Shown: positions 1-12,366, counted from the first letter of the stretch. The stretch is 64,000 nucleotides of DNA from an uncultured Hormoscilla sp. (GCA_963921275.4 OZ001293.3:4064001-4128000); one strand, 5' to 3'. The notes: generated by a model not told the origin, from the letters alone. Program-made: numbers and translations.

Positions 1-2
1 AA

Positions 3-192
3 AGTAACCGCACAGAACACAGAGAATACGATGAAGAAATGTACAAGTGGCGGCATCTAATTGAAAATCTATTCCAAAAACTCAAGCAATACAGGGCTCT
101 GGCGACACGCTACGATAAAACGGCTCGCAATTTCTTGGGTGCCATCTACCTCGCGGCAGCTGTAATATGGCTTAATTGATGACACGCACTAG
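3..192 (+). mobile_element. IS5-family transposase C-terminus and right end (partial, window edge)
   Basis: Frame from nt 3 reads ...YKWRHLIENLFQKLKQYRALATRYDKTARNFLGAIYLAAAVIWLN* (TGA 177-179), the IS5 RxxIE...ATRYDK signature; followed by end-like GATGACACGCACTAG. Confidence 0.8.
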
Positions 193-497
193 TATCCTCC
201 TATCCTCTAACTCTTTATTATAGCATATACAGCGTCTGCGTTTTTTGGTCAAGGAATTGGAACAATTTTAACAAAATTTTAATTCACAAGACATTGAGTT
301 GGCGCCCCTGCCGAAAGTTGCCATAACAGGAGTCCTTGTCAATCGCTGGTGATTCCGGTAAAACAAAATCTTTTGGACGATCGGGGGAGTAGTTAAACCC
401 TGATCGTCTAACTGGTTTGATGCAATTTCTGGTAAACCCGATCGTTTTCCAGTGTCCGACGTACTCACCCCGAGGGCGGTAAACGGGGGAATACTTT

Positions 498-1628
498 TTA
501 GCGGATGTATTCTTTGAGAACGCTGTTGCGGTTGGGATGGCGCAACTTACGCAGGGCCTTAGCCTCGATTTGACGAATCCGTTCTCGCGTCACGTTAAAG
601 ATTTGACCAATTTCCTCTAAGGTCTTCATGCGCCCATCATCCAATCCGTAGCGCAGGCGCAACACATCCCGTTCCCGGGGGCTGAGGGTATCTAGGACCC
701 CTTTGAGGTCTTCCCGCAAGAGACTTTTAGAGACTTGATCTTCTGGCGTTTCACCATCAGATTCAATAAAATCCCCCAATCGAGAGTCTTCCTCTTTGCC
801 GATCGGGGTTTCTAGGGAAATCGGCAGCTGGGCCGATTTGGCTATGAATCGCAGCTTTTCGATTGTCATTTCCATCCATTCGGCGATTTCTTCCTCCGTG
901 GGTTTGCGACTTAGTTCCTGAGACAGCAGTTTTGTGGTTTTTTTGATCCGAGAGATCGTTTCGTACAGATGTACCGGCAGGCGTATAGTCCGAGATTGGT
1001 CTGCGATCGCCCGGGTTATCGCCTGACGGATCCACCAAGTCGCGTAGGTGGAAAACTTATAGCCCTTTTCATGGTCAAATTTTTCCGCTGCTCGAATCAA
1101 ACCCAGACTTCCTTCTTGAATTAGGTCTTGGAAGGACAGTCCCCGATTCATATATTTTTTCGCGATCGACACCACTAGACGCAGGTTGGACTGTACCATT
1201 TTCTCCTTTGCCCGCCTGCCCACATGCAGGCGATGGCGAAACGCTGGCAAGGCCATACTTACAGCTTCTGCCCACTCTCCATCCCTTGGGCAACGATCTA
1301 GCTGCATCTCCAGTCCCTCTCGGATCCGCTCTAATTCCAGCAAGTCCGCTATTTTGCGTGCCAGTTCTATCTCTTCGTCTGCTCGCAGTAGGCGGATCCG
1401 ACCAATCTCTTGCAGGTACAGGCGGATTGAATCCTCCGTATATTGCTTCTTCTTTGCCGCCTGCGTCTTCGTCGTCTTTCGACGACCCGTGCGTTTGCCT
1501 GATTTTCCGTCTATTCCCTCATGCCCTGCATCTAGATAATCATATTGACGGTCTTCTGAATCTAGTAAATCGATGGGTTCCAGCTCAGGCGAATCGATGG
1601 TTTGGAGTAGGTTGTTTGCCTGGGTCAT
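498..1628 (-). CDS. rpoD: RNA polymerase principal sigma factor SigA/RpoD
   Basis: [11 protein letters not shown] region 1.2, [60 protein letters not shown]. Confidence 0.97.
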   Translation of the reverse strand: MTQANNLLQTIDSPELEPIDLLDSEDRQYDYLDAGHEGIDGKSGKRTGRRKTTKTQAAKKKQYTEDSIRLYLQEIGRIRLLRADEEIELARKIADLLELERIREGLEMQLDRCPRDGEWAEAVSMALPAFRHRLHVGRRAKEKMVQSNLRLVVSIAKKYMNRGLSFQDLIQEGSLGLIRAAEKFDHEKGYKFSTYATWWIRQAITRAIADQSRTIRLPVHLYETISRIKKTTKLLSQELSRKPTEEEIAEWMEMTIEKLRFIAKSAQLPISLETPIGKEEDSRLGDFIESDGETPEDQVSKSLLREDLKGVLDTLSPRERDVLRLRYGLDDGRMKTLEEIGQIFNVTRERIRQIEAKALRKLRHPNRNSVLKEYIR

Positions 1629-2128
1629 GCCGCGTTCCTCATGCTCCTTATATTAAAGAATACATTTTTTCGGTGAAAGTTGTCCTTTCCGCCTTCTACA
1701 GCTAGTCAGTCATATACTCCTCTTGTTTACAATACCTGTGCTGACTGCCTTTTGCTACGGTTTACTGCTTCCCAACATAGAGCATCATTGGGTAGAAGCA
1801 CCTTGTTTTCCCGGGTTGGATCTGAGGGAAATATTTTGAATATTTTGGTAGCCTCTCTGGTCTAATTGCATTTTCTGGCTGAACCGAGATTTTCAATCTT
1901 CTTTTCCCAAGTCTTTTCCCTTCTTGATGTACGTTAACCCATTTTTTTCCTAAATGGGTGCTGATTTTTTAGTTAAGTTATGTTTCTTTTTCCCAAGGAA
2001 GTTTTTTCACTGTCTGTCAGCCTAGCTGCGATCGGCATGCCAACCACCGCCGCCTCCCTATAGGCTGGTTTTACCATAGATTCCCTCCCGATTATTGTCT
2101 GTTCTCTGTTGTCAATTGTCTCTTGTCC

Positions 2129-3933
2129 GTGTGATTCGTTTGGTGGTCCCCCACGGTGGGGGACCACCAGCAGGGTTCCATTAGCCCTGACAACTTATAG
2201 ATGATGTGGGTGCAAGCCCCACCCTCCAGGTGCAGGAGTGACAGCACCTTCCCGGCGGTAGCGATGGCATCAATCCGTAAAGCGGGAAGGAAAGGCGCAC
2301 GGCTGGCGCCGCGCAGCGCGATCTGGCTGGCAGCCTAAAACCGGTCATCGTCAAGCAAGTAGCCATGGTGAACGCAAGTGAAGGCTCACAAGTGTCGTTA
2401 GACATAACCAGTGAAATAAGGCTGATACACTGGCCCCAAAAGGGGAAGGATATAGGTCGCTGGCCAATGGGCAATGGACGCACCGACAACAAACCCGGCA
2501 TAAAGAGTCCACCTAAAGCTACAACCAATCGTCTATAGGAACGAAGTAACCCGGATATGTACTCTCTACCAAGGTCGATAGGTAGAGTAGCCACCAAAGG
2601 CGCAACATCTGCTTCCATCAGGCAGGTCATAACCGCAAACTCCAGAGATTACTAACGAAGTCCTGGTCAGCAAAATGCCTGGCCGTGCGACGGGTAACAC
2701 AGGATAATAAGGGCAAAAACACCGCCAGCGTTGATGGGGTCAAAACTATTAGCCCTAAAGAGCGCCTAGAGATGGTAAAGGAACTGCGGGTGTCTAACAC
2801 CAGCAAGCCAGCCCGAAGAGTATGGATACCGAAGCCTGGGAGGGCCGAAAAACGTCCACTTGGTATACCCGTTATGTACGATAGGGCCCTACAAGGTCTA
2901 GTCAAGCTAGCACTGGAGTCAGAATGGGAAGCCCATTTTGAGGCTAACTCATATGGATTCATGCCAGACAGGGGATGTCACGATACGATCGGAGCAATCT
3001 TTCTCAGCATCAGACAAAAACCCAAATGGGTACTAGATGCTGACATAGCCAAATGCTTTGACAAAATTGACCATCAAGCGCTACTAGCAAAATTAAATAC
3101 CTCACCTACCTTCCGTAGACAGATACGCGCATGGTTGAAAGCCGGTGTGGTAGATGTAGGACAAATACAACAGACACCCGAAGGAACCCCTCAAGGTGGA
3201 GTCATATCGCCCCTGTTGGCAAACGTGGCCCTACATGGAATTGAGGAGGCAGTAATGTCACTGGCAGGAAACAACAGAGACAGAAGGAGAGAACTGACAG
3301 TAGTCAGATACGCCTCCGACCTTGTAGTCCTGCACAAAGACAAAGGAATGATAGAAAAAGCGCAAGAGGTCATCGCGCGATGGCTAAGGGGAATAGGACT
3401 TGAATTAAAAACGGAGAAAACTCAACCCATACACTCCACGAGGACAACCCGGGATTCGATTTCCTGGGATTCAACGTAAGGCAGTATGAGATAGGCAAAT
3501 ATCACTCTGGAAAATATGCAAATGGGAAACTCCTAGGATTCAAAACTCTGATAAAGCCAAGCGAAAAAGCCATAGCAGAACACATGGAAAAGCTAAAAGG
3601 GATAGTGTCCAAACACAAGGCGGCCCCGCAAGCCGCATTAATCAATCACCTTAACCCGGTAATACGGGGATGGGCGAATTACTACCGGACGGTGGTAAGC
3701 AAGGAAACCTTCTCTTATTTAGACCACTACTTGTGGGAACTGCTATGGAAATGGGCCAAACGAAGACATCCCAACAAAACAGGAAAATGGATAGCCAAGA
3801 AATACTGGTCAAAAAATCAGGATGAACAATGGCGATTCCGAAGCAAAGAGGGTGAAAAGGAAAACGTGCTACTAAAACACAGCTCTGTGGAAATAGTCAG
3901 GCACATAAAGGTGAAGGAAACAGTAAGCCCCTA
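2129..3933 (+). mobile_element. Degenerate group II intron remnant (5' RNA domains plus broken RT ORF, 3' end lost)
   Basis: Starts GTGTGATTCGTT (degenerate GTGCG); 2160-2627 homologous to the 5' RNA of the introns at 33676 and 41769; no domain V/VI before the junction at ~3933. Confidence 0.85.
2630..3933 (+). pseudogene. ltrA: Group II intron reverse transcriptase/maturase pseudogene
   Basis: RPLGIP, LDADIAKCFD, GTPQGGVISPLLAN; catalytic YADD changed to YASD; N-terminus deleted, frameshift near 3425, HNH domain missing. Confidence 0.9.
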
Positions 3934-4272
3934 CGCCCTTTGGGTTTGTTCCAGGGATTGCTTGAGCGTGCTCTGACTGAGTAGAGGAAAGATCTGATGA
4001 GTATATCCATGCAGACCAATCCAATGACTCCGCTGATATACCTGTCTAGCAATAGCAGGCGCTTGCTCCACACAGACGCCTAACCAAAAGAAACTGGCCT
4101 GAATGTCGTAGCTTTCTAGCACTTGTAGCAGTTCCGGGGTGTAATGTCGATGGGGACCATCATCAAAAGTTAGGGTGATCGCCGGTGTATTGCTAGGGCC
4201 AGACCAGAGCCACCTGTTAAAGGCTGGCTGAAGAAGACGATACAAAACGGGATATATTGGTTCGATCGGCAT
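3931..4272 (-). pseudogene. Polysaccharide deacetylase (NodB-like), C-terminally truncated
   Basis: LTFDDGP motif and IGLHGYTH metal motif; ORF stops after ~113 aa where it meets the truncated intron. Confidence 0.85.
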
Positions 4273-4276
4273 CGCT

Positions 4277-4684
4277 CTAACTGTGACAAACTGCAGCATG
4301 CAAACAGCTCTGTCTGGCCCAAGCCGACTGCACCAGAGAGCATAACACATCACCCTCGATCGGCTTGACCAAATACCCATCTACGCCGGGATTCTCCTCT
4401 TGGTGCAACCAACTTGGTGCGTGAAAGTCGCTCAGAGCTACAATCGTGGTGCCGCAAATTCTGGCCATCTGCCGCAGCTGCTTGACTAAATTGGGCGACC
4501 AGTCTTGCAGATCGCCTGAGAGGATTACTAGATATGGCAGGGTTTGACTTGCTTGCGCTACTGCTTGATCTGCGCAAGAAGCCACCGCTACTGAACATCT
4601 TAATCTACTCAGTAAGGACTCTAGGGCTTGAATATCTTCCGATTGCTTACCTAAAACCAAAATGTAATCATTTAACATGTTCAT
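4277..4684 (-). CDS. Single-domain response-regulator receiver-like protein (atypical)
   Basis: Receiver pattern ...LPYLVILSG...TTIVALS...VDGYLVKP; phospho-accepting Asp position appears to be Ser; start MNMLND assumed. Confidence 0.65.
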   Translation of the reverse strand: MNMLNDYILVLGKQSEDIQALESLLSRLRCSVAVASCADQAVAQASQTLPYLVILSGDLQDWSPNLVKQLRQMARICGTTIVALSDFHAPSWLHQEENPGVDGYLVKPIEGDVLCSLVQSAWARQSCLHAAVCHS

Positions 4685-5028
4685 ACTCCACCTGGCACAC
4701 GCTACGCTATTGGTTAGTCTAGGAAACTGCAAAAAAGCTGAATTTTGGCTCCATCACGCAGCACAAAATTCTCTTATCCTTATCCTTTCATACAGAGAAG
4801 CTTTTCGGAAATAATTTCCATTTTTCTTAGGATTTCAGCCAGCAACGCCAATTATCTGTACTGACAGTACCAGTAGCTTTGAGGGTGGGTATTCCCTCAG
4901 ACATTAGTGAGAGTATGTAATCGGAGTATTTATTGAGTTTTATATATTATTTCTCAATATTTCTTAAAGAAATGCTAACAAGCTGTAAAATATTGTGAGA
5001 GTTTTACTTCTGTTAGTTTGATACTGCC

Positions 5029-5934
5029 TCAGTCTCGATCCTGACAGGGGTCTAGACGTTCTGCCATCCTGAGTTTGGCGGAACGCGATCGCTGATTGGC
5101 TGCTAGTTCCTCGCTTTGGGCGGTGATGGGCTTTTTAGTCAGAACCCGCAACAGTGGCGATTCTCGGAAGCTATGCTTTACCAGTCTGTCTTCCAGACTG
5201 TGAAAACTAATGATGGCAATTTTGCCCCCAGGCTTTAACCAATGTGGGGAAATCTTAAGAAACTCTAATAATGATTCCAGTTCTTGATTGACGGCGATCC
5301 GCAAGGCTTGAAATACTCGGGTGGCGGGGTGAATTCGGCCATAGCGGTATTTGCGGGGCACAGATTGGGCGATCACAGTAGCCAATTCGTCAGTTGTCTG
5401 GAAGGGACGCCTCTGGACAATAGATCTGGCAATTCGCCGCGATAACCTTTCTTCTCCATACTGGTAGAAAATATCTGCTAGCTTGACTTCTTCCCAATGA
5501 TTGACGATCTCTGCTGCGGTGAGAGTCTGTCGCCGATTCATCCGCATGTCTATTTCGGCTGGGTGACGAAAGCTAAAGCCTCTTTCTGCTATGTCTAACT
5601 GGGCCGAACTGACTCCTAAATCGGCAACGATCCCATCAAGGAAAAGATGCTGTGGGCGATATTCAGAAAAGTTGATATGGCATAATTGCAGCCGTGAGCC
5701 CTCAGAGGCCAGTAGGGACCGGACATGGGCGATCGCCTCCCCATCCCGGTCCAGAGCGGTGACGCGCAGATCGGAACTGGCATTCAAGAGCAGCTGGGTA
5801 TGTCCGCCTGCGCCAACCGTGGCATCCAGATAATGTCCTGCCGGACGTACCTCTAACCCGGCTATTAACTCGCGACTCAATACCGGTATATGTGCAAACG
5901 CCGGTGTATATCTTGACGGTATGAGGTCAACCAT
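5029..5934 (-). CDS. rsmH: 16S rRNA m4C1402 methyltransferase RsmH (MraW)
   Basis: [57 protein letters not shown]. Confidence 0.96.
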   Translation of the reverse strand: MVDLIPSRYTPAFAHIPVLSRELIAGLEVRPAGHYLDATVGAGGHTQLLLNASSDLRVTALDRDGEAIAHVRSLLASEGSRLQLCHINFSEYRPQHLFLDGIVADLGVSSAQLDIAERGFSFRHPAEIDMRMNRRQTLTAAEIVNHWEEVKLADIFYQYGEERLSRRIARSIVQRRPFQTTDELATVIAQSVPRKYRYGRIHPATRVFQALRIAVNQELESLLEFLKISPHWLKPGGKIAIISFHSLEDRLVKHSFRESPLLRVLTKKPITAQSEELAANQRSRSAKLRMAERLDPCQDRD

Positions 5935-5990
5935 AGCCCATATAATTGAAAAGATGTAATAAAGATAAAAATACAAGAGACCTCAAGCAT

Positions 5991-7175
5991 ATGACCAGGA
6001 TTGAGACCAAGACCGAACCAATGGTCATCAACATGGGGCCGCACCATCCCTCAATGCATGGGGTACTGCGGTTAATCGTCACTCTCGACGGCGAGGACGT
6101 GATTGATTGCGAACCCGTGTTGGGCTACTTGCATAGGGGGATGGAAAAAATTGCCGAAAACCGTACCAATATCATGTTCGTCCCCTACGTTAGCCGCTGG
6201 GACTACGCGGCGGGGATGTTCAATGAGGCAATTACTGTCAACGCCCCGGAACAACTGGCAGATATTGAGGTGCCCAAACGCGCTAGCTATATCCGCGTCA
6301 TCATGCTGGAGTTGAACCGGATCGCTAATCACTTGCTGTGGTTGGGGCCATTTTTGGCAGATGTAGGTGCCCAGACTCCCTTCTTCTATATCTTTCGGGA
6401 ACGGGAGATGATTTACGATCTGTGGGAAGCGGCTAGTGGGATGCGGTTGATTAATAACAACTATTTCCGTATCGGTGGCGTGGCGGTGGATTTACCCTAT
6501 GGTTGGGTAGATAAATGCGAGGATTTCTGCGATTACTTTTACCCCAAGGTGGACGAGTATGAGAGGTTGATTACCAATAACCCGATCTTCCGGCGTCGGG
6601 TCGAGGGTATTGGCACAATTTCTCGCGAAGATGCGATTAACTGGGGTCTCTCCGGTCCTATCCTGCGGGCGTCCGGCGTTAAGTGGGACTTGCGGAAGGT
6701 TGACCATTATGAATGCTATGACGACTTTGACTGGGATGTACATTGGGAAACTGCTGGTGATTGTATGGCCCGCTATCTGGTGCGGATTCGGGAAATGCGG
6801 GAATCAGTTAAGATTCTTCGTCAGGCCCTGAAAGGTCTTCCCGGCGGTCCGTTTGAGAACCTGGAAGCTAAACGGATGGCAGAAGGTCGAAAGTCTGAGT
6901 GGAATGGCTTTGATTACCAGTGCATGGGAAAGAAAATATCCCCCACTTTCAAGATTCCCAAGGGAGAACATTATGTTCGTCTGGAAAGTGGCAAGGGAGA
7001 ACTGGGTGTCTTCATTATGGGAGATGATAATATGTTCCCTTGGCGCTTTAAGATTCGTGCGGCTGATTTTAATAATTTGCAGGTTTTTCCCCATATACTG
7101 CGGGGGATGAAGGTTGCTGATATTGTCGCTATTTTGGGCAGTATCGATATTATTATGGGTTCGGTCGATCGGTAG
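5991..7175 (+). CDS. ndhH: NAD(P)H-quinone oxidoreductase subunit H
   Basis: [28 protein letters not shown]-terminal [12 protein letters not shown]; 394 aa from ATG 5991. Confidence 0.97.
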   Translation: MTRIETKTEPMVINMGPHHPSMHGVLRLIVTLDGEDVIDCEPVLGYLHRGMEKIAENRTNIMFVPYVSRWDYAAGMFNEAITVNAPEQLADIEVPKRASYIRVIMLELNRIANHLLWLGPFLADVGAQTPFFYIFREREMIYDLWEAASGMRLINNNYFRIGGVAVDLPYGWVDKCEDFCDYFYPKVDEYERLITNNPIFRRRVEGIGTISREDAINWGLSGPILRASGVKWDLRKVDHYECYDDFDWDVHWETAGDCMARYLVRIREMRESVKILRQALKGLPGGPFENLEAKRMAEGRKSEWNGFDYQCMGKKISPTFKIPKGEHYVRLESGKGELGVFIMGDDNMFPWRFKIRAADFNNLQVFPHILRGMKVADIVAILGSIDIIMGSVDR

Positions 7176-7180
7176 GTTGA

Positions 7181-7277
7181 TTCGCTGTCTTCTGGGTAGT
7201 GCGAGTACGATGTCGAGTGGGAGCGCTCAGCCGCGTCGCACTACCCACTCGACATAGAGCGACCAGGAGATAGCGAA
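7181..7277. repeat. Palindromic dispersed repeat (TTCGCTGTCT...AGATAGCGAA), related to 8784-8859
   Basis: Inverted termini and GGGTAGTGCG core shared with 8784-8859. Confidence 0.7.
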
Positions 7278-7922
7278 GCCAGTAGCCCAGAAACCTGGTT
7301 TTTTCAAAAAAACTGGGTTTCTTAATTTAAGTTTAATTTCACTCTTAAGCAATTCAAAATTCTCTCATTCAAAATTCTTGCATGTTGACATATATCAAGA
7401 GCTGGCACCTGTTGCTAATTTTATCATTGTCAGTGAACTAAATTCCGAGACTGACTCAATCGAGTCGAGCGGTTTTAAGTTTTACAACGCAAACTTGATC
7501 GAAGAACTTCAAGCCAACTTTGAAGAACTATAACTCATAAAATTTGGCGATAATTTGTCTCTATAGTAAGTCGTGCAGGAGTTATGTAACTGAGGTGGGG
7601 TTTAAATTATTATCAGGCGGTGAGATTGCTTCGGGATATCTTTATGGGGATCATTAAAATGTTGGTTGGGATCGCTCCTCGTAATGACAAATTATAGTTA
7701 TTGAAATATTAGTACCCACTCCCATAAATTTGCACAAATGATTTAGGCTTGCTATATACCGAGTAAAAGCATGAGGATTGCATCAAAATAATGTCTGACT
7801 CGCAAAAATCCCAGAAACCAGGTTTTTTGTCAAAACCTGGTTTCTTAATTTACAGCATTTTTCATGAGAGTACAGAATTGAATATAGATATGGGAAAAAC
7901 TCGGTAGATAGCATATGTCTTC

Positions 7923-8669
7923 TTAATACTCTCCCATCTCTTTTCCTTCCAAAAATGCTCGTTTGGCGTACTTGCGCATATTCGACTCGGTTATTTTTGC
8001 AAAACAGACCAGTTCGTGGCCTTTGTAATATTCGGGATTGCGTTCTAAAAAATACTTGATATCTGGTTTCTCGCGAAAATTGTCTTTGATTTCAGCCCAT
8101 TGCTCTCGCAAATGTCCTCGGGAAGTGGGGAATTTAACCAGGCCGTTGTTGGGGCTATAATGTTCTCCAAATTTCTCCCCTGCCAGATAATCCATCAAGG
8201 CTTGGTCTTCAGACGGCATAGGATAGCGCCAAGTGGGATAAAATTTTTCTCCAAACACCGGCAAATAGCGATAAGTGCGGTATCCCTTGACAATTAAAAA
8301 CCAATAAAGGGGCACGTCCGGTTTTTGGGCTTTTACTCGACCAGCCAAGCGACACCAGGCCATCGGTAGGGTTTGTTCTCCCCAATAATCATTATGGATA
8401 ATCGTATCTCCAGAAAATAGGGCTCGTCTCGGCTGTCCGTTAAATTCAAATTCCAGAAGAGCCAAGGTAGAAAAGCCTTTCAATCGATGTTGGTCATCCC
8501 ATAATAAAATGACAAAATCTTTGTTTTTTAGGTCGCCAGAAAATATCTCCCAGCTCGTCCCATCGTAATACTGGAAATATAAATAATACATTGAGCGGCT
8601 TATGGGACCTGGTACTACTGGCTCTTTGGGATCTTTTTTTAAAGCAGTTTCAGCGGTTAAGCGACTCAT
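7923..8669 (-). CDS. Hypothetical GNAT-like protein, last gene of the oxidative cluster
   Basis: Intact 248-aa ORF with FSGDTII, YWFLIVKGYRTYRYLP motifs; co-oriented after the GH3 gene; fold call is inference. Confidence 0.65.
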   Translation of the reverse strand: MSRLTAETALKKDPKEPVVPGPISRSMYYLYFQYYDGTSWEIFSGDLKNKDFVILLWDDQHRLKGFSTLALLEFEFNGQPRRALFSGDTIIHNDYWGEQTLPMAWCRLAGRVKAQKPDVPLYWFLIVKGYRTYRYLPVFGEKFYPTWRYPMPSEDQALMDYLAGEKFGEHYSPNNGLVKFPTSRGHLREQWAEIKDNFREKPDIKYFLERNPEYYKGHELVCFAKITESNMRKYAKRAFLEGKEMGEY

Positions 8670-8783
8670 TAGACAACCTCCAAGTAACTGTGGCGTATAA
8701 CTGTTAGATCGCATCCGGATAATCTTAATATGGTAGGTTGGGTTGAGCTAAGCGCGAAACCCAACATGTGCATCTCATTTTTG

Positions 8784-8859
8784 CTTCGCTGTCTCCTGGG
8801 TAGTGCGACGCGGCTGAGCGCAAGGCGTGGATACATCGAGCGACCAGGAGACAGCGAAG
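8784..8859. repeat. Palindromic dispersed repeat
   Basis: CTTCGCTGTCTCCTGG...CCAGGAGACAGCGAAG perfect 16-bp inverted termini. Confidence 0.75.
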
Positions 8860-8992
8860 GCCATCGGAACCAGTAACCCAGAAACCAGGTTTCGCAGGAG
8901 TTCCCTGGTTTCTTAATTCAGTTTTTTAATTCCAAAGTGAGATGCTCCCCCAACAGCCCCAACAGGCGTTGGTGCTGTTGGGTTTCGTGCCT

Positions 8993-9092
8993 GATGCTGT
9001 TGGCGAAATCAGTTTAATTCTCTGAAACCCCTTTTCTACGGTAGACAGCATCAACGATAAATTTGGCTTTCTCCCAATTCGCCAACAGCATC
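8993..9092. mobile_element. 100-bp MITE inserted in a REP-like hairpin
   Basis: TIR GATGCTGTTGGCGAA/TTCGCCAACAGCATC; 7-bp TSD CGTGCCT (8986-8992, 9093-9099); uninterrupted host repeat GTTGGGTTTCGTGCCTCAACCCAACCTAC present at ~23719-23747. Confidence 0.9.
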
Positions 9093-9236
9093 CGTGCCTC
9101 AACCCAACCTACAGCTGCGTTCATTTTATTATGGGCATTCAACTGGATTTCTAGGGGCAAAACCAGAAGCGATCGCCCTCCCACTGACAAGTTTCACGAT
9201 TTATTTAAGACTGCTATTATTCTCAAAATCTAACGC

Positions 9237-10751
9237 TCAAAATTCCGCAAGCAGTTCCGGCGCTATGGGCGTCGTGGCTAAGACATCGTTTTTGATATCG
9301 CCCCACTTGCTTCCAGACCTTGTCTTATATAGTGTAACAATTTCGAGAATTTTTGGCGAGACCAGCACTCGGGCCGTCCCAAGCTGACCGAGAAGCCGCG
9401 CCTGACGGTAGTGGGGCGATCGCATGAGGGCAGCGTCTAGGCGCGACCCAATTTCCTCTGCTGGATCCTCAGCCTTGTCCAGCAAGAGGATGTAATGCTC
9501 GGTAGGTATAATTGCGGGTGCTAGGCTCTTAAAAAAAGTTTTTTCCAATCCTAGATTATCTAAAACTTCCTGCACAAAGTCCTCAGACAGCTTTTCGCCT
9601 ACCAAATCGCTAGTTTTGCCACCGCGCCCGAGGAATTCTAGGCAGGGTGTTTGGCCATAGAAATGGCTGACGCAGACGCGATCGCCCATTCGGTAGCGGT
9701 ATAGACCCCCTTTTTGGGAAATAATTAGCGAGTAAACCCCACCCTTCTCTATTTCCTCCAGGGGATAAATCTTTCCTTCGGAGTCTTCAAATTCAAAAAA
9801 GACTTCATCGAGTAAGGGCACAAATCCAGAAGCCTCGATTAAAGGAAGGGTCATCGGCGCCTCGGTTGCCAGCAGTCCTTTCCCCTGAACCATCGTGCCC
9901 GGGAAGAGCGATCGCCAAAATTGCGCTTTGTTCGCCGCGCGGGCGCTATCCCAGCAAGAAATTAGCTTCAGTTCCGGCCAGAGCTGACTCCAGGGAATCT
10001 CTTCTTCCAAAAGCAGGCGGGAGCGATCGCCGGATATTCCCTTTCCCAGTTTCTCCCGCAAGCGCATCCGATGGGTCTGAATATAATCTAGATGAACCTT
10101 GAGGAAACTGGGACTCCAGATGGAGATTATCTCCAGCTTATCTTCGATGAGCAGAGCGGTACAAAGTTTTTCCTTAAACTCCTCCGGGTCTTGAAGGCGA
10201 TTTAATCCGGGGGGCGAAACTACAAAGGGTGAGACAAGCGATCGCAACCACCCGTCTAAATACTCCGAATCGTCTGCCAATCCTCTTGGGGCCTCCCCCT
10301 TACCGAGCTGGGGAGAGATACAGAAATATACTTTACCCGTGCGGAACTGCGGGCTATGCAAAATTAGGTCCCGTGCCCAGACGCAGAACAAATGGTTAAA
10401 AGAGCGTCTGAGAGATTTTGTATAAGGAATCAACTTTGCTGGCCCGCGACTGCCAGAGGTTTTCTCATAAAATAAAATCGGTTCCGGCGTTAGCAGGCTT
10501 TTTCTGGAATAAGGGCGATCGGCCTCTGGAATAATCCACCCTTCGATATCATCGTAATTCACAATGGGAATGCGATGCCAATCAGCAACAGATTCGATCC
10601 CGAGGTGTTTGCCATATTCGCTCTCGATCAGACGGTTGAGGATTTCGGCTCTAACTATAGCCTGCGCTTCTTGGGGATTGGCCAGCGCCTTGCGAAACTT
10701 TTGAGCGTGAGGCTCAAACAGCCAGGTGAAGAGTTGAAATATCGGGCGCAT
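9237..10751 (-). CDS. GH3 family acyl-adenylating amide/thioester ligase
   Basis: FYEKTSGSRG P-loop, GKGLLATEA, GGLYRYRMGD, GEKL motifs typical of GH3-family proteins. Confidence 0.88.
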   Translation of the reverse strand: MRPIFQLFTWLFEPHAQKFRKALANPQEAQAIVRAEILNRLIESEYGKHLGIESVADWHRIPIVNYDDIEGWIIPEADRPYSRKSLLTPEPILFYEKTSGSRGPAKLIPYTKSLRRSFNHLFCVWARDLILHSPQFRTGKVYFCISPQLGKGEAPRGLADDSEYLDGWLRSLVSPFVVSPPGLNRLQDPEEFKEKLCTALLIEDKLEIISIWSPSFLKVHLDYIQTHRMRLREKLGKGISGDRSRLLLEEEIPWSQLWPELKLISCWDSARAANKAQFWRSLFPGTMVQGKGLLATEAPMTLPLIEASGFVPLLDEVFFEFEDSEGKIYPLEEIEKGGVYSLIISQKGGLYRYRMGDRVCVSHFYGQTPCLEFLGRGGKTSDLVGEKLSEDFVQEVLDNLGLEKTFFKSLAPAIIPTEHYILLLDKAEDPAEEIGSRLDAALMRSPHYRQARLLGQLGTARVLVSPKILEIVTLYKTRSGSKWGDIKNDVLATTPIAPELLAEF

Positions 10752-10784
10752 GGTTGGGTAAAAGGGGATTTTAGGGACAAATTG

Positions 10785-11423
10785 TCAGTCAACATTTTCC
10801 GACATTTTTTTATTGGGAAGCAAATCCGTGGTGACCGGAACGAAGGCGCCATCTTCTATTACGACTCCCGGACCCATGCGCGAAGCAGAACCTAGGAAAA
10901 CATTGTTGCCAATTTTGACTTTTTTCACATAGAGCATCAGGTCTCCTTTCTTGGGTTTGATGACGTGGGAATACATCCCGACCTGGTGCCCGATAATAGC
11001 CCGATCGCCTATTTCAATTAAACCGCGATCGGCGATCGCCAGTCCTAGATTCCAATACACGTTCTGTCCCACCTGGGCCCCCCAAAGTCTCAGCCACGCC
11101 GAGAAAGCGCCGGGAATCAAGCGCAGCAGGGTTTCCAGAGCCGGAAAGGCAATATACACCGCCTGAATCTGGTGACTGCCCCACCAAGGAGAATATTTTT
11201 CTCCCAGCAGATAGCTAATGCCTTCTTCTATGGGATAGAAATATCTGTGGATCCGATAGATCAGGAGCGGCAGTCCATAAAGAGAAAAAATGAGCGCCCC
11301 GACGCTAGCAAATCCTGGAGCTATACAAATCCAGAGGAACGACGCTGCCGCCATTAGCATCACAAAGGCGGGAAAAAAGGACAATAAGGTGCTTAGAGGA
11401 GTCATAAGCAATTCAAAATTCAA
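10785..11423 (-). CDS. Membrane-anchored left-handed beta-helix acyltransferase
   Basis: N-terminal hydrophobic helices, WLRLWGAQVGQNV, hexapeptide repeats (EIGDRAIIG, KIGNNVFLG, PGVVIEDGA). Confidence 0.8.
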   Translation of the reverse strand: MNFELLMTPLSTLLSFFPAFVMLMAAASFLWICIAPGFASVGALIFSLYGLPLLIYRIHRYFYPIEEGISYLLGEKYSPWWGSHQIQAVYIAFPALETLLRLIPGAFSAWLRLWGAQVGQNVYWNLGLAIADRGLIEIGDRAIIGHQVGMYSHVIKPKKGDLMLYVKKVKIGNNVFLGSASRMGPGVVIEDGAFVPVTTDLLPNKKMSENVD

Positions 11424-11602
11424 AATTCAAAATTCTTGCATTTGCAAATACTTGGAGAACAACGATCGAGCGCAATACCTCGTTCGGGGGGCGGACTGGT
11501 TGGGGCCAGAAACCGGGTTATTGGTGGGAAATATTGGTTGGGGTGCCTACATTCTGGCAGAAACCCGGTTTCTCGTTCGCTGTCGCTATAAATTGTCCCC
11601 AA

Positions 11603-12328
11603 TTAAAAAGGCCAGACTAATTTTTGCATGAGAGTGAGATTGGTTTCAATTCCGAGAGCTTCTGGGGCGCGATCGCTTGGGTAATAAGTTCCGTGCAGGC
11701 GGTCCCAGAGTTTGAGATTTGCCCCGTAATTCTGGCGATTAATCTCGGTTTTGGCGTGATGCCATGCATGGTCTTGGGGCAAAATCAGCACTAGCGATAG
11801 CAGCCCATGCAGCCAAGGGATTTCCAAGTCAATCTCGCTATGACGCCACAAGTCCAACGCTGAAGTGAGGCTGACTCCCGCAATATACCAAGTCGGGTCT
11901 TGGAGCAGGTAGATAAATAAAGCGTGAATCCACAAATAAATAATTAAAAAGCTCGTCCACAAACTATTGCGGGATGTTCCCAGCACGTCTCTGTCGGTCA
12001 TGGTATGATGTACCTGATGCAAAGGCCAGAGCCAGGGACTGTGCAGCAGGCGATGGTTCCAATAATAAAGATAATCGACTAACACAAAACTAAGCAAGAA
12101 TGCTATGGCCGGATGCCAGTCCCAGCATCCCCGCGCTGCGGGTAGCAGATAGCGATAGATTTGATAAACTACGGTTATCTGCAGGATGGGGATGAGAATG
12201 CCTTGGAAAAATAAACCGATGGCATCCAGAAGCCAGTCGCCACGACTTTTGGCTAGCATGGTTGCTAAACGGCGATCGTTTTTGGCTGTCAGGGCTATGA
12301 GCATTGCAAAGGCGATAAAAACTTCCAT
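11603..12328 (-). CDS. Sterol desaturase / fatty acid hydroxylase family protein
   Basis: His boxes YYWNHRLLH, LHQVHH, DHAWHH and NYGANLKLWDRLHGT. Confidence 0.9.
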   Translation of the reverse strand: MEVFIAFAMLIALTAKNDRRLATMLAKSRGDWLLDAIGLFFQGILIPILQITVVYQIYRYLLPAARGCWDWHPAIAFLLSFVLVDYLYYWNHRLLHSPWLWPLHQVHHTMTDRDVLGTSRNSLWTSFLIIYLWIHALFIYLLQDPTWYIAGVSLTSALDLWRHSEIDLEIPWLHGLLSLVLILPQDHAWHHAKTEINRQNYGANLKLWDRLHGTYYPSDRAPEALGIETNLTLMQKLVWPF

Positions 12329-12366
12329 AATCCTAAGCGATCGCTCTCCTGTCGCTGCTGCTACGG

